The notes beneath the pieces were generated by a model, which worked only from the letters and a program-made list of their open reading frames with translations, was not told the DNA's origin and searched no databases. The position numbers and the translations under genes were made by a program. A stretch of 62,522 nucleotides of DNA from Gemmatimonadota bacterium. GTDB lineage: Bacteria > 4572-55 > J002. The stretch is from contig RFFQ01000191.1 of assembly GCA_003697105.1 (NCBI GenBank), positions 1 to 62,522 of the forward strand, given 5' to 3'. This document shows, piece by piece, positions 9,001 to 18,059 of this stretch (position 1 is its first letter; every line of letters begins with the position of its first letter).

Positions 9001-10073
9001 CCTAAGATGGCAAATTCTCCAATGGCATCCCGGCTAGAAGTTCCTGTTAGATCGATAGTTGTCCCGCCAGCAACAAAAAAATTATCGGTCGGGTTGCCAG
9101 TCCCCACCCCCACATTACCATCACTTCGGACGACAAAGAGGGTATCGGTTTCGCGCAAATTGGTTTGCCCTAAGATGGCAAATTCTCCGATGGCATCACG
9201 CAACACATCCGAACCCAGATCAAAGTAGGAATTACCACCGGAGACATGCAATATGCCTTCGGGATGATCGATGCCAATTCCGACGTTACCATCATTTTGC
9301 ACGACGAATAAGGTATCGGTTTCACGTAAGTTAGTTTGTCCTAAGATGGCAAACTCCCCGATAGCATCGCGACCGGCGCCGCCGTTCAAATCGATACGCG
9401 AGCCGCCCTTCACGTGAAGTGTGGCTTCTGGGGAACCGGTACCCACACCGATATTGCCGGAATTTTGGACGACGAATACGGTGTCCGTTTCCCCTTCGCG
9501 CAAATTCGATTGTCCTAAAATCATAAACTCGCCGATGGCATCACGCAATGTAGGGCTCATTAAATTGAACAGTCCGCCCCCTTCCACATGGAGTGTATTT
9601 GCCGGGTCATCCGTACCGATCCCGACATTGCCCTCATTCGTTGCTTTGAGGACCGGGGAATTTCCGTCACGGAGGTTGGATTGTCCCAAAATCGTAAATT
9701 CACCGATGGCGTCTCGATTGCCACCACCGCTCAAATCGAATGTCGAACTCCCGCCCGTGACATAAAATTTCGCGTCGGGATTATCCGTCCCAACACCGAC
9801 ATTTCCATCCGATTGAACGGTAAACCAAATTGACGGTTCACGCAAATTGGATTGTCCCAGAATCATAAATTCCCCAATCGCATCCCGCCCGGGCTGAGTT
9901 CCCAAATCGATTCGGACACCTTGATTACCGACAGTAAACAGGGTATCATTATTGGTGTTGGTAATGCTCAAGGTCTCATCATCCTGAGCTTGAGCATGGA
10001 AGGGGAGCAGACAAACCATTATGAATAATCCCCGAATCAACAACCGGCGAAAATTGAAGTGAGTTGCGTACAT
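6090..10073 (-). CDS. Secreted tail-fibre-like repeat protein with C-terminal peptidase S74 intramolecular chaperone domain and coiled coil
   Basis: Signal peptide (LLPFHAQA-Q), many GNVGIGT repeats, C-terminal SDQRWKGNI...LQLRGVNYEW...GLIAQEVEKVIPEVV...INYSHLVALLIEGMKDQQREIDQL. Confidence 0.85.
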   Translation of the reverse strand: MYATHFNFRRLLIRGLFIMVCLLPFHAQAQDDETLSITNTNNDTLFTVGNQGVRIDLGTQPGRDAIGEFMILGQSNLREPSIWFTVQSDGNVGVGTDNPDAKFYVTGGSSTFDLSGGGNRDAIGEFTILGQSNLRDGNSPVLKATNEGNVGIGTDDPANTLHVEGGGLFNLMSPTLRDAIGEFMILGQSNLREGETDTVFVVQNSGNIGVGTGSPEATLHVKGGSRIDLNGGAGRDAIGEFAILGQTNLRETDTLFVVQNDGNVGIGIDHPEGILHVSGGNSYFDLGSDVLRDAIGEFAILGQTNLRETDTLFVVRSDGNVGVGTGNPTDNFFVAGGTTIDLTGTSSRDAIGEFAILGQTNLRETDTLFVVQNDGNVGIGTDDPGGRLHVSGGSAYFDLGSDVLRDAIGEFAILGQTNLRETDTLLVVHNDGNVGIGTDNPAGRLHVSGGSAYFDLGSDVLRDAIGEFAILGQTNLRETDSLFVVRTNGNVGIGTAQPNERLTVEGVLSLGGTTTPTPSLGYGKLYVKSSDGRLYYMNQAGTETPVTLEGSGLTGVGEAGRLAFWTGPTTLSNTPNLLWDDANSELTINGGVSGTAFTNWDMDSSNDLTVDSTFGGEVSGTYNNLMVSENIGINNGLLYAPKDGNFVGIGTNIPTRELDVAGNIEADTVYASFVGDGSNLSGISIEPDRVDSTHIINGGISGSDIRPNAINGSHIQDGSIGTDDVSTIAGSKITPNFGAQTIITTGDLSVDDIQADIVNADRIIGDGSGLLNVPATSISTNTIDSTHIINGTVSNADLRDNVVTSDKILNGAILNEDVSATAAIDGTKITPNFGNQNIITSGAISADSVSATRFAGDGSLLTNVPAVSIATNTIDSTKIIDGSISRNDLANNLIDGSKIEDGTITDSDLSTISGTKINPDFGSQNITTTGNASADTIYATAFSGDGSQLTNVQATSIATNTIDSTHVIDGGISNADLSANAVTGDKILDGTITDSDLSTISGTKINPDFGSQSIVTTGNLSAGTTSTVHTLNLQGVDSVTVKRAVTTGMMVKDITYVGGASSNSRVWQWLSDGYSLGLQAISDDYSTSTEVFSVSRSGIAISEVLFPNGNVGIGTLNPTTELDVNGTVTALDVVVQGQFTVNESGGTNDFRVEGDTDPNLIFVDAANDAVGIGTTTPTTKFEVNGTLKSSGIEELSDQRWKGNITQLQDALEKVLQLRGVNYEWLRDKFPEKDFPQGVQMGLIAQEVEKVIPEVVQTDRNGYKTINYSHLVALLIEGMKDQQREIDQLRAENEALRAAQAQNQRQIEEIRAFLGMPQSTTGIQTTQR
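7030..8070 (-). repeat. Intragenic tandem repeat block, 4 units of ~88-93 aa (GDGSxLxNV...IDSTHII.G...KI.P.FG.Q.I.T.G)
   Basis: Four GDGS units in the translation; DNA near 7038-7105 and 7302-7369 is almost identical (264-nt offset). Confidence 0.85.
8570..9900 (-). repeat. Intragenic tandem repeat block, 8 units of 56-58 aa with invariant RDAIGEFxILGQxNLR
   Basis: Motif anchors at 8644, 8815, 8986, 9154, 9325, 9499, 9670 and 9841 (spacing 168-174 nt); the last copies are near-identical at DNA level. Confidence 0.95.
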
Positions 10074-10410
10074 AGTGCCATCCTTTTTAATTGAGATGAA
10101 AAAAGGGAGTGGTTCAATGATTTAATACAATACCAGAAGTCTTCACCCATGACTTCAACTCCCACTGAAATGCATGGGTGCGTTTTAACCATGAGGTGCA
10201 TTGGGGAATGTAATAAAATGAAATTGCGCGACTCGAAAATTGAAGGGTATAATAATGAAACGCCCTAAAGGGTTTTCTGGGGATTATGGTAAAATTGCGA
10301 TTATGATTTTGAATAGAGGAATGTATAATAGTACTATCAAATGCAAAAAAGTAGCCAAGATCAGCACATGTGGGAAGTTAGCGTGGGATGGCTGTTAGTA
10401 CATATACTGG

Positions 10411-13400
10411 TTAAAGCCGGTTTGTGTCAATATTTTTATCCGACATGAGTGTCTTTATTTTAACATGGTAATCATATTTGGGGGTTTTTTCGTACAAGTG
10501 TTGGTATAATTGTAGTGCGGTTTGGCGATCCATGTCGGTTTGTTTCAAGCGCCAAAGTTCATAATGCAGGCGGGCTTTTTGATCTTCAGGTTGGGGTTCT
10601 GCCAACAACTGCTGGAGTTGCTCCAGGGCGTGTTCGGTTTGACCTTCCGCATGTGTAATTTGTGCCGCTAATACTTGACTTTGAAAGATGCGATCCCGCC
10701 GCCGGACTTCCTGAGAGATTTGAAGACCTTTTATGTTTAATTCTTTTGCTGCGGAATATTGCCCCATCAAAAAGAGCAGTTCTGCTTTTTCGACTAAAAA
10801 CGAGGAGAGATAGTATTTAACCCCCAATTTTGTACCTAAATCAATTGCTCGATCATAGGCATTAAGGGCATCGTCATAGCGGTGCTGGGCTTTATAGACA
10901 TCGCCCATCCAGCCGATACCGGTGAATATACCCATCTGATTGCCCAGTTCTTCACTGAGCATCATGTACTGTTCAAAGCAACTGGCGGCGTTGGGATAGT
11001 CACCCTTATCTTTATAAATATTGCCCATATTGGCGAGTGCGATAGCGATACCGAATTTGTCCCCCAGCTCTTCACCCAGTTTGCGGCGGCGTTCGTAGTT
11101 GAGCATGGCTTGTTCGTAGTCTCCTCGCTTGTAATGTACCGTACCGATATTGACATACGCTTTGGCAATGCCTTCCTTAAAGCCGATGCGTTCACTCAGT
11201 TGGAGTTGCTGGTTGTAATAATCCATGGCTTTTTTATAATCGCCCATTTGCCAGTAGATGAGTCCCAAATTACCGATAACGGATGCCAGTTCTTTTTGGT
11301 CACCCTCTTCTTGGTACAACTGGATTGCCTTCTCAAAATTGGCAATCGCCTCATCCGTTTTGTTTTGGTAGGAATAGACGGCGGCAATCATCCCCACGAC
11401 ACTGGCGATTGTTGTTGTATCCGTTTCGGGGTCTAAGTAGCTCAATGCGGTTTCAAACTGGTTCAGGGCGCCTTCAAAATTTCCTTTTAGATATTCCAGT
11501 TTGCCCACTTGGGCAATGGAACGTCCAATCAACGTCGGGTTATTCAATTTTTGCGCGAGTTCCAGCGATTTTTGGTAGGTGGCTTCTTCAGCTTGCCGGT
11601 TTCCGATGCGTTGCAGGATTTTCCCTTTGCGCAAAAGGATTTCGATATACCTTTTAATCTCACCGGCGTCACGGGCTTCTTCCGGTTGTTCATCCCAGAT
11701 GCTCAGTAATTTGTCAAAGAATTCAAGGGCGCGTTGATTTTCATAGGTTTGATCGGCATAATTTCCGGCTTTATGCAGGTATTCAATGGTTTTGTCGCGG
11801 ACATCCGCCTTTTCATAATGGAAGGCAAGCTCGCCATAATATCGGGAATCATTGGGAAATAATGTTTCAATGGCTTCGGCAACCAGTTTGTGCAACGATC
11901 TCAACTGGTTTTTCAACTGCATCCGATATACGGTATCTTGCAACAGGGAATGCGAAAAGATATATTTCAATTCCGATAACACAGACCAAATATTCTCTTT
12001 TTCTCCTTCTTTTAGCTGGTATTCAATTTCCTGATTTCGGAGAACCGCCGAAAGCAATGTGACTTCAAATTCACGTCCCAAGACCGCCGCGGTTTGCACC
12101 ACTTCTTTCAATTTATCCGACAACCGATCAATGCGGGCAACGAGTAGATCGTTTATGGTGGAAGGGATGCTTTCTCCCGCTTTGACCATCTCCCATATTT
12201 GGCGCTGTGAGTCCATCTGAATAATTTCTGCTTCCCGAAAGTAGAGCAAGGTTTGTTCAATAAAAAACGGGTTGCCTTGTGTTTGGGAATGCAAATTCTC
12301 AATTAGTGTTTCGGAAAGTTGACCCTGCAAAATATCGGCGGCAAGTTCGCTTATACCTTCCCGCGAGAGCGTGTTTAGGTCAATTTCACTGGATTTCGCG
12401 TCTAGGGGGAGTTTGGGGGGTGTACCGTCATCCTGATAGCGGCTAACGATCAGCAAAAAGATGGGGAATGCCTCAATATTGCGGCACAACACCTGAAGTG
12501 CCTTTGTCGAATCCGAGTCTATCCATTGGGAATCTTCCAACTCTAGCACCACCGGTTGGATCAAGCTCATCGCTTTGAAAATTTCTTTAAAGGCATAGAG
12601 GGTATTTTCGTAGCGTAATTTTGGCTCCAGTTGTTCGTAGAGTGAGCCGGGATACGTAATTCCCAAAAATCCGGCGATTACAGACCGTAGGCGGATTAGC
12701 TCCTTTTGTACTGCTTGTCGCATTTGATATGATACATGAGGTTTGCCCCCGGCGGTTTGTTCATCCAAACTCGTGATTAACTGGTGGTAGATTTGTTCAA
12801 AATGGGAGCGTTTTTGCTCAAGGGGATGTTCTGGATTCTGTTGAAAATATTCCATGAACAAATGAGAAAAAGGATTGAATGGCTTTTTAAGGATGCCGTC
12901 GCATGGTAAATAGAGCCATTTGAATGTGTCATAGCGATGTTTGAGTTCCCACACAAACCGGGATTTCCCCACACCGGCTTCCCCATAAATGTAACCGGCG
13001 CCGCCGAATTTTTGGTGAAACAACGGTTGGAACATCGTATTTGCTTGTTCCATTTCCTGCTGGCGACCGACAAATTTACCCGTGAACGTGCGAGAGACAT
13101 ACCGTTGTTTGGATTTCAACCGATAAACCGGTAATGCTTCGGATTTGCCTTTAAATGTATAGGTACCGGCGGGTTCCAGTTCATGGGTGCCTGCCGTCAT
13201 GTGGTAAATAGCTTCAGACACCCAAATTTCGCCGAAGGGGGCTTTCATCATCAGGCGGGCAGAAAGGTTGACCATGTCTCCAATAATGGTATATTCGCAC
13301 CGTTTTTCGCCACCAATAATGCCGGCATAGACCGTCCCGTAAGTGATCCCAAATCGTATGTTAAGCCCCTTCAATTTATCATGGTGGGTCACGTCGGTTT

Positions 13401-14334
13401 TAAGGGACAGGGCAAAATCCAAAGCGCGTTCTATGTTTTTTTCGTAAGCCACCGGCGCCCCAAACACGCAAAGGGCAACACTTCCTTTATCCCCAAAATC
13501 AATTTTATTGAAATAACCGGCGAAGGTTTGCGTGTAATGCAACAACATGGCGATAAAGGTTTCTAATTCGGGGTGGGTAGAGATGCCTTCAAAGGAGATA
13601 AAGACGGAGATGGCATTGCGGAACTCACCCATTTGATTCAAATCCAGCACGGAATCGGGTAAAAAGAGGGAGAGGACGTCGCGGGTAACGGGGGGCAGGG
13701 GTGTGGGAGGTGGTTTTTCCGCGGGATGCGCTACCGCCAACAAGCGGTAATGCGTGTTTCCGACGGATTCCGTTTCAACTTTTTGCGGGTCACACCAACG
13801 TATGGCAAATGGCTCATCTACGACGATTTCTCCCGTATAAGCCTGATGTTCAGAAGCGGCACAGTCGTCAATTGCCTCTCCCCGGAAGAAGTAGGCTTTT
13901 AGGTCTGTCCCGATGATGCCCCATTCCACCTGTCCAAACGAAAGCCCAACTTTCGCCTTGAGATGAAACGTTCCGAATTTGGTTTTTCGCTGTCCATGAT
14001 CCCGGAAGATGTGCTGAATCTGTTCTGCACAACCCAGCACGTGAATACCGTATTGGTTTTCCGCGCCAGCAATAGGAAAAATTGCCGTGAAAGCGTCACC
14101 GGCAAAAGTGGCAATAAAGCCGCCGGTGTCGTATATCGCATCGACCATCGGATTGAAGATTGTATTCAAAATCGAAGATAAGATTTCAGCTCCTTCATCC
14201 CCGCCTTGCATTAATTCCTCGGTCATCTGGGTAAAGCCCGAGATGTCCACAAACATGGTGACCGCAGGGAATGCGCCGTTATCTTGATGGTCTTTTGCTT
14301 TTTCGTAGATGAAATGTGGGATCAGGTTTTTCAT
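10411..14334 (-). CDS. Tandem class III adenylate/guanylate cyclase domains + STAND-type P-loop NTPase + TPR repeats (soluble-AC-like)
   Basis: C1 MFVDISGFT...FAGDA; C2 NKIDFGDKG...VFGAP...EYTIIGDMVNLSARL; FVGRQQE; Walker A GEAGVGKSR; Walker B LELEDSQWID; GNPFFIEQ; C-terminal TPRs (GNLGLIYWQMGDYKKA). Confidence 0.9.
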   Translation of the reverse strand: MKNLIPHFIYEKAKDHQDNGAFPAVTMFVDISGFTQMTEELMQGGDEGAEILSSILNTIFNPMVDAIYDTGGFIATFAGDAFTAIFPIAGAENQYGIHVLGCAEQIQHIFRDHGQRKTKFGTFHLKAKVGLSFGQVEWGIIGTDLKAYFFRGEAIDDCAASEHQAYTGEIVVDEPFAIRWCDPQKVETESVGNTHYRLLAVAHPAEKPPPTPLPPVTRDVLSLFLPDSVLDLNQMGEFRNAISVFISFEGISTHPELETFIAMLLHYTQTFAGYFNKIDFGDKGSVALCVFGAPVAYEKNIERALDFALSLKTDVTHHDKLKGLNIRFGITYGTVYAGIIGGEKRCEYTIIGDMVNLSARLMMKAPFGEIWVSEAIYHMTAGTHELEPAGTYTFKGKSEALPVYRLKSKQRYVSRTFTGKFVGRQQEMEQANTMFQPLFHQKFGGAGYIYGEAGVGKSRFVWELKHRYDTFKWLYLPCDGILKKPFNPFSHLFMEYFQQNPEHPLEQKRSHFEQIYHQLITSLDEQTAGGKPHVSYQMRQAVQKELIRLRSVIAGFLGITYPGSLYEQLEPKLRYENTLYAFKEIFKAMSLIQPVVLELEDSQWIDSDSTKALQVLCRNIEAFPIFLLIVSRYQDDGTPPKLPLDAKSSEIDLNTLSREGISELAADILQGQLSETLIENLHSQTQGNPFFIEQTLLYFREAEIIQMDSQRQIWEMVKAGESIPSTINDLLVARIDRLSDKLKEVVQTAAVLGREFEVTLLSAVLRNQEIEYQLKEGEKENIWSVLSELKYIFSHSLLQDTVYRMQLKNQLRSLHKLVAEAIETLFPNDSRYYGELAFHYEKADVRDKTIEYLHKAGNYADQTYENQRALEFFDKLLSIWDEQPEEARDAGEIKRYIEILLRKGKILQRIGNRQAEEATYQKSLELAQKLNNPTLIGRSIAQVGKLEYLKGNFEGALNQFETALSYLDPETDTTTIASVVGMIAAVYSYQNKTDEAIANFEKAIQLYQEEGDQKELASVIGNLGLIYWQMGDYKKAMDYYNQQLQLSERIGFKEGIAKAYVNIGTVHYKRGDYEQAMLNYERRRKLGEELGDKFGIAIALANMGNIYKDKGDYPNAASCFEQYMMLSEELGNQMGIFTGIGWMGDVYKAQHRYDDALNAYDRAIDLGTKLGVKYYLSSFLVEKAELLFLMGQYSAAKELNIKGLQISQEVRRRDRIFQSQVLAAQITHAEGQTEHALEQLQQLLAEPQPEDQKARLHYELWRLKQTDMDRQTALQLYQHLYEKTPKYDYHVKIKTLMSDKNIDTNRL

Positions 14335-14394
14335 TGGGAGAGTCCTGAGTCGCTTTGAAAAATCACTGTTGGTAATAGAAGAGTTCGGATGACC

Positions 14395-14423
14395 ATCTTA
14401 TCTTTATTTATCTGAAATGTCAA
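14395..14423 (-). promoter_or_regulatory. sigma70-type promoter for the cyclase gene
   Basis: TTGACA-17 nt-TAAGAT on the minus strand. Confidence 0.7.
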
Positions 14424-14445
14424 GTTTTGATTCCGTTTTTGCGAA

Positions 14446-15837
14446 TTACTTGCCAATGCAAAATTCCGAGAAAATTTTACCTAAGATGTCATCCGAAGTC
14501 ACCTCCCCAATAATCTCTCCGATAGCTTGAAGTGCGCCATTCACATCTACGGCAATCAGCTCGGCAGGCATACCGGTTTGGAGGGATTGTTGCGCGTGTT
14601 CCAGGGCGGTTTTCGCCCGTTGGAGGGCTTCTCGATGGCGTGCCCGGGTGATGACGGCATGTTCAGTGAGGCTTCGGGGTGAATCCAATACGCCCCGGAT
14701 GATTTTGTGGGCTAATCCGGCAATTCCCGTGGCTTGCAAAGCTGAAATTGGGCAAACGTTTTCATCCTGAATAGAAATTTGCTGTAAATACTGATGAATG
14801 GGGCGTTTATCATGGGGTTGGTCGACTTTGTTCAACACCACAATTATCTTTTTTTTCATTTGGATTTGCTGCCAAATGGTGCGGTCTGCTTCGTCGATGT
14901 TATCCGTGACATCTAGCACCCACAAGACCATATCTGCCTGATCGATATATTTTTGGCTGCGTCGCACGCCTTCTTGTTCGATAAGATCGGTGGTTTCCCG
15001 GATACCGGCAGTATCTACCAACCGTGTGAGGACACCTTCTAAATCGACGGTTTCAGCAATGGTATCGCGGGTAGTACCGGGGATGTGACTGACAATGGCG
15101 CGCTCCTCCTGTAAAAAAGCATTGAGTAGGCTCGATTTGCCTACGTTGGGCTTCCCCACAATGGCAACGGTAATTCCTTCGCGGTAAATCCGACCCTCTT
15201 CCGCTGTTGCCAGTAACTGATCCAGATGCTGCTGTAAATGGGTCAAGCGAGCTTGAGTTTGTTCTGCGGATTCAAACTCGATATCTTCCTCGCTAAAATC
15301 GATGGAAACTTCCAGCATTGCCAGCAGCGAGATAACCTCATTTTGGAGGGTTTCAATTTCGTGGGCTAACTGGCCTTCTAATTGGTGTATCGCAGACTGC
15401 AGAGCACTTTCAGTTTGAGCATGAATCAGGTCGGCGACAGCTTCGGCACGGGTCAAGTCAATTCGTCCGTTGAGAAATGCCCGCTGGGTGAATTCCCCCG
15501 GTTGAGCTAACCGGGCGCCGTGTTGGAGGAGTATCTCCAATACGCGTCGCAGGATGTATATCCCGCCGTGGCAGTTGATCTCGATCATATCCTCGGTGGT
15601 AAAGGTACGGGGTGCGCGCATAACCATTACTAGCACTTCATCGATATCATCTCCAGTTTGGGGGTCTACAATATGCCCGTACTGGATGGTATGACTGGGG
15701 CAATGGACTAAGGGGGTTTTACCTCGATATACCTGATCTGCAATGGAGCACGCCTGTTCTCCGCTTAGCCGGACAATGCCGATGGCGCTTTCACCGATTG
15801 GGGTTGCAATTGCGGCAATGGTGTCTTCTAAATTCAT
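14446..15837 (-). CDS. mnmE: tRNA uridine-5-carboxymethylaminomethyl(34) synthesis GTPase MnmE
   Basis: DTIAAIATP..., [38 protein letters not shown]-terminal FSEFCIGK; start placed at ATG 15837 (GAGG SD) rather than 15864. Confidence 0.97.
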   Translation of the reverse strand: MNLEDTIAAIATPIGESAIGIVRLSGEQACSIADQVYRGKTPLVHCPSHTIQYGHIVDPQTGDDIDEVLVMVMRAPRTFTTEDMIEINCHGGIYILRRVLEILLQHGARLAQPGEFTQRAFLNGRIDLTRAEAVADLIHAQTESALQSAIHQLEGQLAHEIETLQNEVISLLAMLEVSIDFSEEDIEFESAEQTQARLTHLQQHLDQLLATAEEGRIYREGITVAIVGKPNVGKSSLLNAFLQEERAIVSHIPGTTRDTIAETVDLEGVLTRLVDTAGIRETTDLIEQEGVRRSQKYIDQADMVLWVLDVTDNIDEADRTIWQQIQMKKKIIVVLNKVDQPHDKRPIHQYLQQISIQDENVCPISALQATGIAGLAHKIIRGVLDSPRSLTEHAVITRARHREALQRAKTALEHAQQSLQTGMPAELIAVDVNGALQAIGEIIGEVTSDDILGKIFSEFCIGK

Positions 15838-15850
15838 GGTTTCCTCAAAT

Positions 15851-15897
15851 AATAAACATGCCAAGTGCCTTCAACCTAAGCACTTGGCATGTTTATT
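15851..15897 (-). terminator. Perfect 18-bp inverted repeat (probable terminator) between the FadL-like gene and mnmE
   Basis: aataaacatgccaagtgc / gcacttggcatgtttatt with AT-rich flanks. Confidence 0.7.
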
Positions 15898-15916
15898 TTA
15901 GGTCTTGAAGGGTTGG

Positions 15917-17254
15917 TTATAGCTTATACCGTACTCCCACAAAAATTTTATTTTCGGAGCTATCTTCCGTCAAATAGGTAATGGTCTCGGGGGGGGTGGC
16001 GGTTTCGTTTCGTTTCCAAGTGGAAAAGACATAACTGAAATCAATGGTGGTGGCTTGATCCAGTTCCATGCCCAGACCCAAACTTATGCCGTACCGTTGG
16101 GTTTGGATTTCATCCAGCGCATACGCCAGCGGGTCAATGAAAACGCCGCTACGCAGGCTCAACGGATAATCGGATAAAGTGTATTCTGCACCGAGACGCA
16201 CTTGAGTCGCGCTACGATAAGATTCCTGACCGTTATAGACGTGGATGGGTGTCTCATCGCCGTCTGCCATGAGTTCATTGATGCGGGAGTCGGCATATTT
16301 CATCTGCGTCCAGTCGGTCAACCAGATATCGAAACCGACGTTGGTATGGGGGAAATGAGCGCCAATCCCAAATCCGAATGACCACGGGATCATCACATCG
16401 TCATCAAACCGCACCGTATAATAATAGTCTTCCGAACCATCAACGATATCGCGTTGGGTTTCCCGCCCGTTAAATTCTAACCATGCGGGGGAGTTCACTA
16501 CAAATCCAAAACGGATCGCCGGGTTCAACTGGGAGTGCATTCCGAACGTGATACCAAACCCTAGAATATCGGCATCCGATTCTTCAAATTGACGGACCGT
16601 ATTGAAGTTGTAATGCTGTTGTGAGTCTTCAATATCATAAATCCATGTTTGTTTGTAACTCCCGGCGTGAATCAAGGCGGAAACCCCCAGCGACGTTTGG
16701 GGGGAGATGTCGATTCCACCACCGATAGCCCAAGTAGTAATTCCACCACTTTCTGTGATTTTTTCACCTTCATACCGGTCTCCCCGATACACCTCATTGG
16801 CGGGCAAGCTGTTATAACCCGCAAACGCCAGCTCATTTTCAAAACTGTGATTGCGAAATGCGCCCACACCGATAACCAAACTCCCGCGATAGGTCGGCAC
16901 TTGATACACAAATGCCAAGGCGTTTAATTGGGTATGGGAAATATCACTTTCTTGGCTGGAACCAAAATAATCGACAGAATGGTTGACCATTTGGTGTGTC
17001 AAGACACCGGAAAGTTCGGTATGTGTGAGCCGTGCCAAACGTGCGGGATTCCAAAAGAGGGCGCTGCCATCATTGACAAGCGCTATTTGAGCTCCCCCCA
17101 TGCCCATGCCCCGGGCGCCGATTCCGTAAGAGTTGACCCAGGGTAATTCGTTCGCATGGGAAGGGATTGGCTCTGCTGCGAGTGGCGGGATAAGACTTCC
17201 GAAAGTGACGCTGATAGTTATGAATGTGATGATCATCCCTTGAGGTAACTTCAT
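15917..17254 (-). CDS. OmpP1/FadL-family outer-membrane beta-barrel
   Basis: Signal peptide; GIGARGMGMGGA...DGSALFWNPARLA; amphipathic strands; C-terminal strand IFVGVRYKL. Confidence 0.8.
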   Translation of the reverse strand: MKLPQGMIITFITISVTFGSLIPPLAAEPIPSHANELPWVNSYGIGARGMGMGGAQIALVNDGSALFWNPARLARLTHTELSGVLTHQMVNHSVDYFGSSQESDISHTQLNALAFVYQVPTYRGSLVIGVGAFRNHSFENELAFAGYNSLPANEVYRGDRYEGEKITESGGITTWAIGGGIDISPQTSLGVSALIHAGSYKQTWIYDIEDSQQHYNFNTVRQFEESDADILGFGITFGMHSQLNPAIRFGFVVNSPAWLEFNGRETQRDIVDGSEDYYYTVRFDDDVMIPWSFGFGIGAHFPHTNVGFDIWLTDWTQMKYADSRINELMADGDETPIHVYNGQESYRSATQVRLGAEYTLSDYPLSLRSGVFIDPLAYALDEIQTQRYGISLGLGMELDQATTIDFSYVFSTWKRNETATPPETITYLTEDSSENKIFVGVRYKL

Positions 17255-17271
17255 GGTTTCGGGCTCCTTAC

Positions 17272-18000
17272 TTAGAAACGGCGGCGGCGCTGTCCGGTTC
17301 CACCGGATGGGCGACTTTCCTGATCGGGCTGAATTGAACCTGAACCGTTATTGTCCGAGTTTGAATTGCCTTTAGTGGCTGGAGGGGTATTTGCTGGTTT
17401 TTCACGGGGTGGCGGGGCTGTTTTGGTTGCGGTACCGCCATTTGCCGGCTTCTCTGGAAGGGCAGTTGGTGGCTCGTTGCCGCTACTACCATTGGCATCA
17501 TTGCCGTTACCGCCGCCAGTGTAGCTACCCGAACTAATGCCGATGGGTCCGGAGGGTGGTACCGGGGGTAAGGTATTTCCCGGGGAAATATCCCCCGGAT
17601 AGCGCCGGTTATCCCCGATGTGGACACCCCCTTCTACCCGGTTTGAATATGCACCCTCTTTGTAATAGCGGCGCGGCTTGTGGTGATGATTCCAGTAATA
17701 CCAGTCATCATACCAGTAATAATCGCGCCACCACCGGGGTTGGTAATGGAAGTACACATACGGGTCACTGTAATAATTCCAATAGGAATAATGGAAGTAA
17801 TCATAATAGGTGTGGCAATCGATGCAACGGCTGCGCGGATAGTAGTTGTGGAAATCGTCCGAGTAATTACTGTCATACGGATTGTCACCATTGATCACCG
17901 GAGTGAGGGCGATCGGTTTCAGTTGAGTGTAACACCCGGCGATAACCCCCATCACCAAAACTAAAAAGAGCAATAACAGTGTGGCTTTGAATGTGGACAT
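17272..18000 (-). CDS. Lipoprotein with Tyr/Trp-rich segment, a CxxCH motif and Gly/Ser/Pro-rich disordered tail
   Basis: Lipobox VIAG-CYTQL; RCIDCHTYY; YYDYFHYSYWNYY...; C-terminal QRRRRF; 17 nt upstream of the FadL-like gene. Confidence 0.75.
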   Translation of the reverse strand: MSTFKATLLLLFLVLVMGVIAGCYTQLKPIALTPVINGDNPYDSNYSDDFHNYYPRSRCIDCHTYYDYFHYSYWNYYSDPYVYFHYQPRWWRDYYWYDDWYYWNHHHKPRRYYKEGAYSNRVEGGVHIGDNRRYPGDISPGNTLPPVPPSGPIGISSGSYTGGGNGNDANGSSGNEPPTALPEKPANGGTATKTAPPPREKPANTPPATKGNSNSDNNGSGSIQPDQESRPSGGTGQRRRRF

Positions 18001-18059
18001 TTTATGTCACCCCTTTCTGAACAACGGAACTTTCCGGTTCGAATTTAACGAATGGAGCT

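Noticed and set aside
7030-9330. DGR template/variable repeat pair
   Set aside because: Differences between copies are not adenine-specific and there is no reverse transcriptase in the window
8570-9900. Regularly spaced DNA repeats as a CRISPR array
   Set aside because: Period is 168-174 nt, always a multiple of 3, lies within an ORF, varies at synonymous positions, and no cas genes are present
6090-10073. Prophage tail gene
   Set aside because: Has a signal peptide, and no capsid, terminase, integrase or baseplate genes are in the window
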